64,000 nucleotides of DNA. Source: Alphaproteobacteria bacterium. GTDB taxonomy: Bacteria > Pseudomonadota > Alphaproteobacteria > SP197. The notes below the pieces were generated by a model that saw nothing but the letters and a program-made list of their open reading frames with translations, was not told the origin of the DNA and searched no databases. The number at the start of each line of letters is the position of its first letter. Position 1 is the stretch's first letter. The DNA lies in contig OZ219747.1 of the NCBI GenBank assembly GCA_964291265.2, positions 480,001 to 544,000 on the forward strand. The letters are read 5' to 3'. The translations under genes and the position numbers were made by a program. Shown here piece by piece: positions 9,685-18,342 of this stretch.

Positions 9685-10101
9685 ATTAGACGGACCGCGG
9701 CTTTCAAGCGGGATTACAGGCGCGAGAAGAAGGGCCGCTTCGCCAAGACCGTCGATGGCGAACTCGCGCATATCGTGGCCGGGCTGGCGGAGGACCGGCC
9801 GCTCCCGCCGCGCCATCGCGACCACGCGCTTGGCAGGCAATGGAAGGACCACCGGGACTGTCACGTCCGCCCCGACCTGATTCTGATCTACCGCCAGCCC
9901 GACTCCGAACATCTCGATCTCGTGCGCCTCGCCTCGCACAATCAACTCGGCCTCTGACCGGCCGCGCTCTCCGGGCCCCCTCGATCCCCACCGTCCAGTA
10001 GTCCGCGGACGTTCCGGTCCACAACCGCGGCACTTCCCCAGGACCAGTCGTGCATAACGGCCGTCCGCCGCCTTGCCGCAACCTGCGCGCCGTCTTCCCC
10101 C

Positions 10102-10400
10102 CGCATCGAGGACCGCCGCCTCGACGAGGCCGAAGACCTGAAGAAGTGCTTCGCCTTCGACGCCATCACCGCGTTCCGCGTCTCACGACCTCTCCCTCCT
10201 GGCCCGCGAGAGGCCGGACGGCCCGGTCGGATGGCATGTCACGAGGGAGGACATCACGGTGCTCTGCGCTCTCGCCGCCCATCACCGCCGGACATGACCA
10301 TCGCGCGCTTAGCCCCTGCCCGGAACACAGAAGCTCTGGGAAGGCATCAGGTTCCTGTCTCAGGCCGTCATCGACATTCAGGCCATGCCGGATTGGCACG
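10102..10400 (+). pseudogene. IS4-family (Tn5-like) transposase C-terminal remnant
   Basis: RIEDRRLDEAEDLKKCFAFDAITAFRV followed by frameshifts. Confidence 0.55.
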
Positions 10401-10473
10401 GGACCCAATCACAAGGAGAAGAAGACACCGACTCTAAGTGCGTTAGATTGATAGGTCCGGCCCGTCACATCCC

Positions 10474-10758
10474 TCACACGCCAGCCGGCTCCAGACCCAC
10501 GGTCAGCCGCGTGCCCGTCGCTTCGGCGTAGCGGCGCAATGTCGCGAAGGACGGCGACACCCGGCCACCCTCCAGCCGTGCGACAGCCGACTGCGTCGTG
10601 CCGAGCCGTCGCGCAAGCTCCGCCTGCGTCAACTTCGCCGCCGTGCGGGCGCGCACCAGCGCCTCAATCAGCGCGAACTCGTCGTCGGCCTGCGCATACT
10701 CGACCCGGAACTCCGGGTCCTCCATGAAGCGCTCCTTCAGTTCCTTCAGTTTCGTCAT
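10474..10758 (-). CDS. XRE-family HTH antitoxin (HigA-like)
   Basis: ARTAAKLTQAELARRLGTTQSAVARLEGG; ATGA overlap with the upstream toxin gene. Confidence 0.85.
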   Translation of the reverse strand: MTKLKELKERFMEDPEFRVEYAQADDEFALIEALVRARTAAKLTQAELARRLGTTQSAVARLEGGRVSPSFATLRRYAEATGTRLTVGLEPAGV

Positions 10759-11087
10759 CGCGTAACCTGCCTCATCCGCTCCCTTGCCATCACCAACGCA
10801 CGGCGCGGCGTTTTGCGAGACTTCGTCACAAATACGTGCAGCACCACCACCCGCCGTCCGGTCGCGGTCACGTAGATTCCCCGCGCGATTCCCTCCTCGG
10901 CTCTGACCCGCAGCTCCCAGAGCTTGCCCTCAAGATGCTTGACGTGCGGGGCGCGAAGCGCGTCCAGTCCGACATTCTCCACCGCTTCCAGCAACCGGAC
11001 CAGCCGGGCGCGCAACGCCACCGGCAGGCCCTCGATTTCGGCGTCGACGGCCGACACGGTTTCGACCGTCCATCCCATTCCTGTCAT
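10755..11087 (-). CDS. RelE/HigB-like toxin (Gp49/DUF891 type)
   Basis: PHVKHLEGKLWELRV...VVLHVFVTKSRKTP; toxin-first order. Confidence 0.85.
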   Translation of the reverse strand: MTGMGWTVETVSAVDAEIEGLPVALRARLVRLLEAVENVGLDALRAPHVKHLEGKLWELRVRAEEGIARGIYVTATGRRVVVLHVFVTKSRKTPRRALVMARERMRQVTR

Positions 11088-11309
11088 ATAGCGTATCCGC
11101 TATAAACCTTCAAGCTCCATCCCCCGGCGCCGACGCTGACCCAGGGTGCGCACGCCGGAGAGGCTTCGCTGCCGGGCGGGTCGGGGAATGGGTTCTTCTG
11201 CCGGGTCTCGACCGATGCACGGAGGTCAAGACCCTCAAGGAGGAAGGACTGGGCAGTCGAGGACTTCACGGAATCCTAAGGCGCCACTTCATGGGACGGC
11301 GGGGACCAC

Positions 11310-11640
11310 CTCGACACAGGTCCGGCTGGCCGAGAGGAAGGTCGTCCTGACCAGGGGCCGCGAGGTTAAGCCAGATCCGCCGCCTCCTGGACAATGGCCG
11401 CCAGGTGCCGCTCATCATCACCCATCCCGCAGATGGCGATGGAAGAGATCGCCTCAGGGTCCTGTTCTCGCGCTGGGTTCAGGAGCAATTCTTCAGGGAC
11501 ATGCGCGACGCCTGCAACCCGGACGCCCTGCCGGAGCATGGTTTCGAGACGCTCGATGACGACACTCTCGCGGTCATTCCGGCGCATTGAGGACCGTGCG
11601 CGCCTCGATCAGCTGCATGTGCGGATCGCCAGGGCCACCG
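11310..11640 (+). pseudogene. Degraded putative transposase fragment
   Basis: VRLAER..., QVPLIITHP and LFSRWVQEQFFRDMR resemble the RWxQENFFxYMR motif; split across frames. Confidence 0.45.
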
Positions 11641-11729
11641 CAAGGACATGACACTATGGACGATTCATGGTTCAAGCTCTCAGGCATCCGCCAAGGTCGA
11701 ACAGGCCGGAGCAGCGAGAGATTCATATC

Positions 11730-11757
11730 TTGACAAGGAAGAAGGTGATTTTATATT
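11730..11757 (+). promoter_or_regulatory. Putative sigma70 promoter of arsR with an AT-rich operator region
   Basis: TTGACA (11730-11735), 16-nt spacer, TATATT (11752-11757), about 10 nt before the ATG. Confidence 0.55.
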
Positions 11758-11766
11758 TATAGAATT

Positions 11767-12093
11767 ATGGAAACGTCACGTGCCATCGAGCTCCTGCGGG
11801 CCCTGGCCCACGACACCAGGCTTGCCGCCTGGCGGTTTCTCGTGAGGGCGGGTCCGGAGGAGACGCCGGCGGGGATCATTGCCCGCCATCTCGGCATGGC
11901 GCCGCCGGTCCTGTCATTCCATCTTTCCTGTCTCGCCCGTTGCGGCCTCGTCGTGTCACGGCGTCAAGGGCGCCATGTGATGTATGCCGCCGACCTCGAC
12001 GTCATGAAGGACCTCACCGACTTCCTCGTCGAGGACTGTTGCCGGGGTTTCGGTGCGGGACCGGATCCCACGATCATCGCCAGGGAGTTCTGA
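11767..12093 (+). CDS. arsR: ArsR/SmtB family repressor (C-terminal CC type)
   Basis: ALAHDTRL, LSFHL, SRRQGR, LVEDCCRG. Confidence 0.85.
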   Translation: METSRAIELLRALAHDTRLAAWRFLVRAGPEETPAGIIARHLGMAPPVLSFHLSCLARCGLVVSRRQGRHVMYAADLDVMKDLTDFLVEDCCRGFGAGPDPTIIAREF

Positions 12094-12096
12094 GCC

Positions 12097-12561
12097 ATGA
12101 AGCGCGTCCATGTCAGTGTCAACGTCGACAATCTCGAGGAAGCCGTCCGCTACTACGCGGCGCTCTTCGGGGCCGAACCCGATGTCCTCAAGGAGGACTA
12201 TGCCAGGTTCCGTCTCGACGAGCCCTCGATCAACTTTTCCATGACGTCAAGGGGACGCAAGACCGGTCTCGATCACCTGGGAATCGATGTCGACAGCGAA
12301 GAGGAACTCGTCGAGGTGACCGGGAGACTCGAGGCCGCCGGCCAGGCGGCAAGCGAGATCTCCGACGGCGTGTGCTGCTATGCCCAGTCCCGGAAATCGT
12401 GGTCGGTCGATCCTGCCGGCGTTCCCTGGGAGACCTTCCATACACGTGCCGGCGCCACGGTCTATGGCACGGACCGGATCGATGACGGCGCCATCGCCGC
12501 CTCGGCAAGAGAGGACGGTCGCACGATCACGTCCGCGGCGCGCGAAGCGTGCTGCGCTTGA
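12097..12561 (+). CDS. ArsI/CadI family VOC protein (putative C-As lyase)
   Basis: MKRVHV, DYARFRLDEP, DHLGI, CCYA, WETF. Confidence 0.82.
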   Translation: MKRVHVSVNVDNLEEAVRYYAALFGAEPDVLKEDYARFRLDEPSINFSMTSRGRKTGLDHLGIDVDSEEELVEVTGRLEAAGQAASEISDGVCCYAQSRKSWSVDPAGVPWETFHTRAGATVYGTDRIDDGAIAASAREDGRTITSAAREACCA

Positions 12562-12785
12562 GTTGGTGGTCGCGGACGTCGCGCCATGACGGCTGCGGAG
12601 ACTGACCCGGCAGTTTCCGGCGCCGCGCTTCGAGGGTGCGCGGCCGCGCCAACGACGCGGCCGTCGCTGGGAACAACCGTCCGGTTCCTCGAGAGACCTG
12701 ACCTGTGCGAGGAAGGAGATTGTCCTTGCGTTTGGCCGGTCGTGCTGCTTGTTTCGTGGTCGTGCCATCCAGCAAGGAGGCTCTG

Positions 12786-14285
12786 ATGCCTGACCTGCTT
12801 CACCATCATGTCGGCGGCCGGCGGGTCGCCGGAAACCCGGATCGTTGTGGTGACGTGACCAACCCGGCAACCGGAGAGATCATTCACCGGGTGCCGTTTG
12901 CCTTGAGCAGCGAGGTCGATGACGCAGTCGCCGCGGCGTCCCGGGCACAGCCCGCCTGGGAAGCGGTGACGCCACAGAATCGCGCCCGCGTGATGTTCCG
13001 GTTCAAGGCGCTCGTCGAGGACCATGTGGACGAACTCGCGGAACTCGTGTCGCGCGAGCACGGCAAGACACTGGCAGATGCGAAGGGTTCGGTGAGCCGC
13101 GGCCTGGAAGTGGTCGAGTACGCCTGCGGTATCGCCCAGCTGCTCAAGGGCGAGTACTCCGGCAGTGTCGGCACCGGTGTCGACAGCTGGTCCATGCGCG
13201 CACCGCTCGGCGTCGTTGCCGGCATCACGCCCTTCAACTTCCCTGCCATGGTGCCGATGTGGATGTTCCCCATGGCCATCGCCTGCGGCAACACCTTCGT
13301 TCTCAAGCCCTCGGAAAAGGTCCCGTCCTGCGCCCTGCGCCTCGTCGAGCTCCTGGAGGAGGCGGGCGCGCCGGAAGGTGTTCTCAATGTCGTCAACGGT
13401 GACCGCGAGGCGGTGGAAGCGCTTCTTGCCTCACCGACGGTACAGGCCGTCAGCTTCGTCGGCTCCACCCCCGTCGCCGAGCACGTCTATCGCACCGGCA
13501 CGGCGTGCGGCAAGCGCGTCCAGGCACTCGGCGGCGCCAAGAACCACATGGTGGTGATGCCGGACGCCGACCTTGAGCAGGCGACCGATGCCCTGATGGG
13601 CGCCGCCTTCGGCTCGGCCGGAGAGCGCTGCATGGCGGTTTCGGTCGCCGTGGCCGTGGGCGACAGGGTCGGCGATGCCCTGATCGAGCGCCTGAAACCG
13701 CGGGTCGAGTCCCTGAGGATCGGCCCCTATACCGACAGCGAAGCGGACATGGGCCCCCTCGTGACGCGGGCGCACCATGCCCGGGTCAGCGGCTACATCG
13801 ACTGCGGCGTCGAGGAAGGCGCCGATCTCGTCCTCGATGGACGCGGGTTCAGCCTGCAGGGATACGAGAACGGTCATTTCATCGGCGGATCGATCTTCGA
13901 TCACGTGACATCCGCCATGCGCATCTACAGGGAGGAAATCTTCGGTCCGGTCCTCTGCGTCGTGCGCTCGGAGGGCTACGAGGACGCACTGCGTCTCGTC
14001 AACGACCACGAGTTCGGCAACGGAACTGCGATCTTTACCCGCGACGGCGATGCGGCACGCGACTTTGTCCAGCGTTCGCGCATCGGCATGGTCGGCGTGA
14101 ACGTCCCCATACCGGTCCCCGTTGCCTATCACAGTTTCGGCGGCTGGAAACGTTCGCTGTTCGGTGATCACCACATGCACGGACCGGAGGGGGTCCGCTT
14201 CTACACCCGCCTCAAGACGGTGACGGAACGCTGGCCTTCGGGCCTCCGCAGGGGCGCCGAGTTCGTCATGCCGGTCCTCCACTAG
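12786..14285 (+). CDS. mmsA: CoA-acylating (methyl)malonate-semialdehyde dehydrogenase
   Basis: ITPFNFP, LKPSE, FVGST, GGAKNH, AGERCMA, EEIFGP, FGGWKRSLFG; AAGGAGG RBS. Confidence 0.92.
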   Translation: MPDLLHHHVGGRRVAGNPDRCGDVTNPATGEIIHRVPFALSSEVDDAVAAASRAQPAWEAVTPQNRARVMFRFKALVEDHVDELAELVSREHGKTLADAKGSVSRGLEVVEYACGIAQLLKGEYSGSVGTGVDSWSMRAPLGVVAGITPFNFPAMVPMWMFPMAIACGNTFVLKPSEKVPSCALRLVELLEEAGAPEGVLNVVNGDREAVEALLASPTVQAVSFVGSTPVAEHVYRTGTACGKRVQALGGAKNHMVVMPDADLEQATDALMGAAFGSAGERCMAVSVAVAVGDRVGDALIERLKPRVESLRIGPYTDSEADMGPLVTRAHHARVSGYIDCGVEEGADLVLDGRGFSLQGYENGHFIGGSIFDHVTSAMRIYREEIFGPVLCVVRSEGYEDALRLVNDHEFGNGTAIFTRDGDAARDFVQRSRIGMVGVNVPIPVPVAYHSFGGWKRSLFGDHHMHGPEGVRFYTRLKTVTERWPSGLRRGAEFVMPVLH

Positions 14286-14289
14286 ACCG

Positions 14290-14691
14290 ATGGCGCTGAG
14301 GACCTCGGCGAGGCGGATGGTCGAGGAGGCCACCGCCGGCATCGAGAGCGTTCCCGTCGAGGAGGCCCTTCTTTTCGTCGACGATCCGACCGTGCAGTTT
14401 GTCGATATCCGCGACGTGCGCGAACTCGACCGTGAGGGCATGATCCCGGGGGCCTGCCACGCTCCGCGCGGCATGCTGGAGTTCTGGGTCGACCCGGAGA
14501 GTCCCTACCACCGGGATGTCTTCTCCAGCGGCCGGAAGTTCATCCTCTACTGCGCCGCCGCCGCCCGCTCCGCACTGGCGACCAAGACCCTGCAGGACAT
14601 GGGATTCGGACCCGTTGCCCAGCTCACCGGTGGATTCGCCGCCTGGAAGGCGGCGGGCGGAGACGTGGTGAAGCGCCCCCGCAGGCCCTGA
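14290..14691 (+). CDS. Rhodanese-like domain protein
   Basis: VDIRDVRE, GMIPGA, PRGMLEFW, LYCAAAARS, GGFAAW. Confidence 0.88.
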   Translation: MALRTSARRMVEEATAGIESVPVEEALLFVDDPTVQFVDIRDVRELDREGMIPGACHAPRGMLEFWVDPESPYHRDVFSSGRKFILYCAAAARSALATKTLQDMGFGPVAQLTGGFAAWKAAGGDVVKRPRRP

Positions 14692-14740
14692 AGAAGCGGG
14701 CGGAGCGGCGCCGTGGCGGCGCCCGCTCGCCCGGAAAACG

Positions 14741-16393
14741 TCAGGCGCGCAGTTCCTGGGCCATGCGGGTGCCGTCGGGCGCATGGGTCTCATCGGGCGC
14801 CGTCACCGCCCCGGGGTCCTCGTGCAGCGACTTCACCACGCCGAAGGCCATCAGCAGCATGATCACGCTGACCGGCAGGGCGGCGGCGATCGATGCCGTC
14901 TGCAGGGCCGCCAGGCCGCCGGCAAGCAGCAGCACGGCTGCCACGAAACCCTCGCCAAGGCCCCAGACGATGCGGAAACGCTGGGGCGGACTGTCCGAGC
15001 CCATGCTCAGCATGGTGGTGATGACCAGCGTTCCCGAATCCGACGAGGTGATGAACCACGTCGCCAGGAGGAACGTCGCCAGTGCGGCCATGATCCAGTT
15101 GAGCCAGTGGACCGCGGTCACCTGTTCGATGGTGCCGTAGAGCGCCGAGGGCAGGTCCCAGCCCCGCACCAGGTCCGCGATTCCGGCGGTGCCCACGCCA
15201 CCTGCGGCGTTGAGTTCCATGTGCATCGCCGTTCCGCCGAAGATGCACAGCCAGAAGAAGGCCAGGGTCGTCGGCACGAACATCACGCCGACCATGAACT
15301 CCCGGATCGTGCGGCCACGGCTGATGCGGGCGATGAACATGCCGACAAACGGCGCCCAGGAGATCCACCAGCCCCAGTAGAAGATCGTCCAGCCGCTCTG
15401 CCAGGCGGCATTGGCTTCGTCGTTGAAGGTCTGGAAGCCCATGGGAATGACATTCCACAGGTAGTCGCCGGTAGTGCTGACGAAGAATCCCAGAAGCCAC
15501 TTCGTGGGGCCGCCGAAGAGGAAGAAGGCGAGAAGAACGACACTGAGCCAGATGTTCCACTCCGAAATGATGCGGATGCCCTTGCCGACCCCGGAGACCG
15601 CCGAAAGCGTGGCGACGATCGAGATGGCGACGATGAGAATGATCTGCGTGACGATTCCCGGATCGACCCCGAACAGGTGGTTGAGGCCGGCCGCCATCTG
15701 ACTGACGCCAAGACCCAGTGACGTGGCGACGCCGAACACGGTGCCGAACACCGCCAGCAGGTCGACGGCATGTCCGATGGGGCCATAGATGCGATCGCCG
15801 ATCACCGGGTAGAGCGCCGAGCGCAACGTCAGCGGCAGTTTCTTGCGAAAACCGAAGTAGGCGAGGCACAGTCCGACGATCACGTACCCTGCCCAGCCAT
15901 GGAAGCCCCAGTGGAAATAGGTGACCCGCATGGCGGCGGCGGCCCGCTGTTCGTTCATGGCGGCCAGTCCCGCCTGGTCGGCAAAGGGGTTGTTGGGATA
16001 GCCCCACGGTTCGGTGTTGTCGAAATAGAACATCGGCTCAGCGATGCCGAAGAACAGGAGTCCGATGCCGACGCCTGCCGAGAACAGCATGGCCAGCCAC
16101 GAGAAGTTGGAGAACTCCGGCCGGGAGTCGTCGTCACCAAGCCTGATCACACCGAAGCGGCTGAACATCAGGTAAAAACAGACAAACAGCATGATCACCA
16201 GCGCCGTGATGTAGTACCAGTTGAGCGCGTACTCGATCCAGCCACGCACCGCCTGGTAGACACCGTTGGCGAAATCGACGTTGATGGCCGTGAAGACGAC
16301 GAAGACCACCACCATCACCTTCGCCGCGATACCCATGCCCGAGTGCAGTCCCTTGAACGGACCACTGCGGGCCACCTGACCTGACCGTGTCAT
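14741..16393 (-). CDS. BCCT family (betaine/choline/carnitine) transporter
   Basis: SWLAMLFSAGVGIG, FHWG, WTIFYWGWWISWAPFVGMFIARISRGRTIRE; start chosen from AGGAGA RBS. Confidence 0.93.
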   Translation of the reverse strand: MTRSGQVARSGPFKGLHSGMGIAAKVMVVVFVVFTAINVDFANGVYQAVRGWIEYALNWYYITALVIMLFVCFYLMFSRFGVIRLGDDDSRPEFSNFSWLAMLFSAGVGIGLLFFGIAEPMFYFDNTEPWGYPNNPFADQAGLAAMNEQRAAAAMRVTYFHWGFHGWAGYVIVGLCLAYFGFRKKLPLTLRSALYPVIGDRIYGPIGHAVDLLAVFGTVFGVATSLGLGVSQMAAGLNHLFGVDPGIVTQIILIVAISIVATLSAVSGVGKGIRIISEWNIWLSVVLLAFFLFGGPTKWLLGFFVSTTGDYLWNVIPMGFQTFNDEANAAWQSGWTIFYWGWWISWAPFVGMFIARISRGRTIREFMVGVMFVPTTLAFFWLCIFGGTAMHMELNAAGGVGTAGIADLVRGWDLPSALYGTIEQVTAVHWLNWIMAALATFLLATWFITSSDSGTLVITTMLSMGSDSPPQRFRIVWGLGEGFVAAVLLLAGGLAALQTASIAAALPVSVIMLLMAFGVVKSLHEDPGAVTAPDETHAPDGTRMAQELRA

Positions 16394-16492
16394 CGTGCAA
16401 TTCTCCTGAAGCCTCTGCATGGCACGGATTCGAGACCGTGCCTCGTCATTCAATCACAGAACTCCCCATGAATCACGGCCTGCCGGGAACAC

Positions 16493-16957
16493 TCAGACGT
16501 GATCGTTGCGTCCGGCAAACATGCAGATGATCCCGGCAGCGATCATGGCGGCCCCCGCGACCTGCAGGAACCCGAGCCGTTCCTGGAAAACGAGCACCGA
16601 TACGACGAGCGTGATGACAACGGTCCCGGTCACCACGGTCGGGATCACCACGCTCGCCGGCAAGGTGTCCGAGCCGCCGAAGATGGCAAGGTAGCCGATC
16701 TCGGCGATGCCGATGCACAGCCCGGCGCCAAGGGCCCAGAGATAGCTTGGCAGGGAGAGGCGGAAGGTGTGTCCGCCCTGGATGCCGAGAACCGCAACGA
16801 AGGCCGCGGAGGTGAGCAATGCGCCGGTCTGCAGGCAGATGGCGGCCAGCACGGTCGTGGTGGCTTCGGCCGGTACGTGATCCCCCGAAACCTTGATGAG
16901 CAGGTTGTAGCCCACGTAAGCCAGCGTCACGATCGCCAGCAGCACCATCATCGACAT
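16493..16957 (-). CDS. Small EamA/DMT-like membrane protein
   Basis: About 5 hydrophobic segments; VFQERLGFLQVAG. Confidence 0.7.
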   Translation of the reverse strand: MSMMVLLAIVTLAYVGYNLLIKVSGDHVPAEATTTVLAAICLQTGALLTSAAFVAVLGIQGGHTFRLSLPSYLWALGAGLCIGIAEIGYLAIFGGSDTLPASVVIPTVVTGTVVITLVVSVLVFQERLGFLQVAGAAMIAAGIICMFAGRNDHV

Positions 16958-17009
16958 GACCCATTCCCCGAAGCCCTCCGGGAAGTCTGGACCCAGGAGC
17001 AGAAAAGAC

Positions 17010-17810
17010 GGCAGTGTCTCACTTTGACTTCCTCAGCCCTCCAGCTGTGCCGGGCTCGGGACCAGGCTTGTTCGATACCGGTTCCCGCGCGTCGATCAGG
17101 TCTACCATCCACTCCATATCGTGAAGCGAGTGGGTGACCCCTGCGGCCATCGCTGGTGTCACGGCGGCGTGTCGTGTGCACTCGCACGATGATGTAGCGG
17201 ACCAAGTAGAGAGACAGCGCGTGAAGGTGGTTCTCGATCTTCTTGGAGAACGCACCATTTTCACCAATTATGGTCGAGAAGGTTCTCTTTGCAAGTCCGG
17301 CTCATCGGCCGTCTGTGGTGCGCAGGTGTCCACGAGAGGCGGAAAAGTTCCACTGTAAATCGGCCACGGCGAGATAGAGAATTCAAGGATCACCAACTCT
17401 CGCTCCGCTTCTGCCCACTTTGCCGCATGTGTCTTGTGTTGGGTTCGTTGAGCATCGCCGACATCCTATCTGGGAGAGCGGGCCGCACCGCCCCTGCGAC
17501 CGCCCTTAGCATGGTTCGGCATCTTCAGTGGTTCCTTGGTGTCTTCGGTTTCGCCTGTAACGATCTTTGCGACATGGACTGCATACCCCACCACGTCAGC
17601 CGGACTCTTCTCGCCCCGTAGCCCTTTAGGCACACTTCGGGTACCTGTGCTACCGATCACGACTTCTCTCCTCTTGATGGCTAGACAGGCTGACCCACTC
17701 TACTTGGCAATGGGTCCGATTGTCTACAAGTAGCAATGCCCCAGAGTTTGCCCAAGCTGGTGCCGGGGGACCTGTGCCATTGTCCCCGTTTCGTTAAGCC
17801 TCACAGTGAT
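17010..17810 (-). mobile_element. Deleted IS1-like element (transposase C-terminal remnant plus small basic ORF)
   Basis: End GGCAGTGTCTCACTTTGAC, TPAMAAGV.HSLHDMEW remnant; both ends and promoter shared with 46208-47952. Confidence 0.65.
17466..17660 (-). CDS. Small basic protein associated with the IS1-like element (possibly degenerate)
   Basis: PKGLRGEKSPADVVGYAVHVAKIVTGE, homologous to 47537-47755. Confidence 0.55.
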   Translation of the reverse strand: MIGSTGTRSVPKGLRGEKSPADVVGYAVHVAKIVTGETEDTKEPLKMPNHAKGGRRGGAARSPR

Positions 17811-17849
17811 CCTTGAACGGCAACCTTGATCGATCGTTGATGACGAAAG

Positions 17850-18050
17850 ATGGGCAGCACGGCAGGAAATCAAACTGGCGTAACAGGACGGTATAGACTC
17901 GGGACAACCTCCACGATTGCGCGTCCTCGACAGTGGAACAGTCGATCTGGTCTATCTCGATCCCCCTTCAACTCGGACAAGACCTGCAAACGCGCCATGG
18001 GCTCCAAGGTAGCAGGCGCCTCGTTCAAGGACGCATGGACGCGGGACCGC
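17850..18050 (+). pseudogene. N6/N4 DNA methyltransferase N-terminal remnant
   Basis: GTVDLVYLDPP/FNSDK (frameshift in DPPF)...GSKVAGASFKDAWT. Confidence 0.65.
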
Positions 18051-18342
18051 ATCTACCTGGTGCCCGCCAAGTACATTGAAGCCGTCCCCAACCGATCGTC
18101 GTAGGCGTTCGGTCACAGGGTCACGATGATGAGGGTGACAGTGACAACCACGCATGGCTCCGGGACTCGCCTGCGTTCGCTCAGTGCTGTCATCGCCCCA
18201 ATCACCGGGTGAACGAACGCTCACAAGCGGGTTTGGACGGAGGCCGCGCCGCCCCGGTGTCAACATGCGGCAACACCAACAGGTTGACTTCCTGTTGCCA
18301 TGATCATCAGCATCCGGAAGAAGGATCCTGGAGGGTGCCGTC

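Larger units (their letters stand above)
7329..9957 (+). pseudogene. yafQ: YafQ family toxin split after codon 5 by a MITE plus IS1634
   Basis: Joining 7329-7343 to 9691-9957 gives MRTIRRTAAFKRDYRREKKGR...RHRDHALGRQWKDHRDCHVRPDLILIY...LVRLASHNQLGL. Confidence 0.88.
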
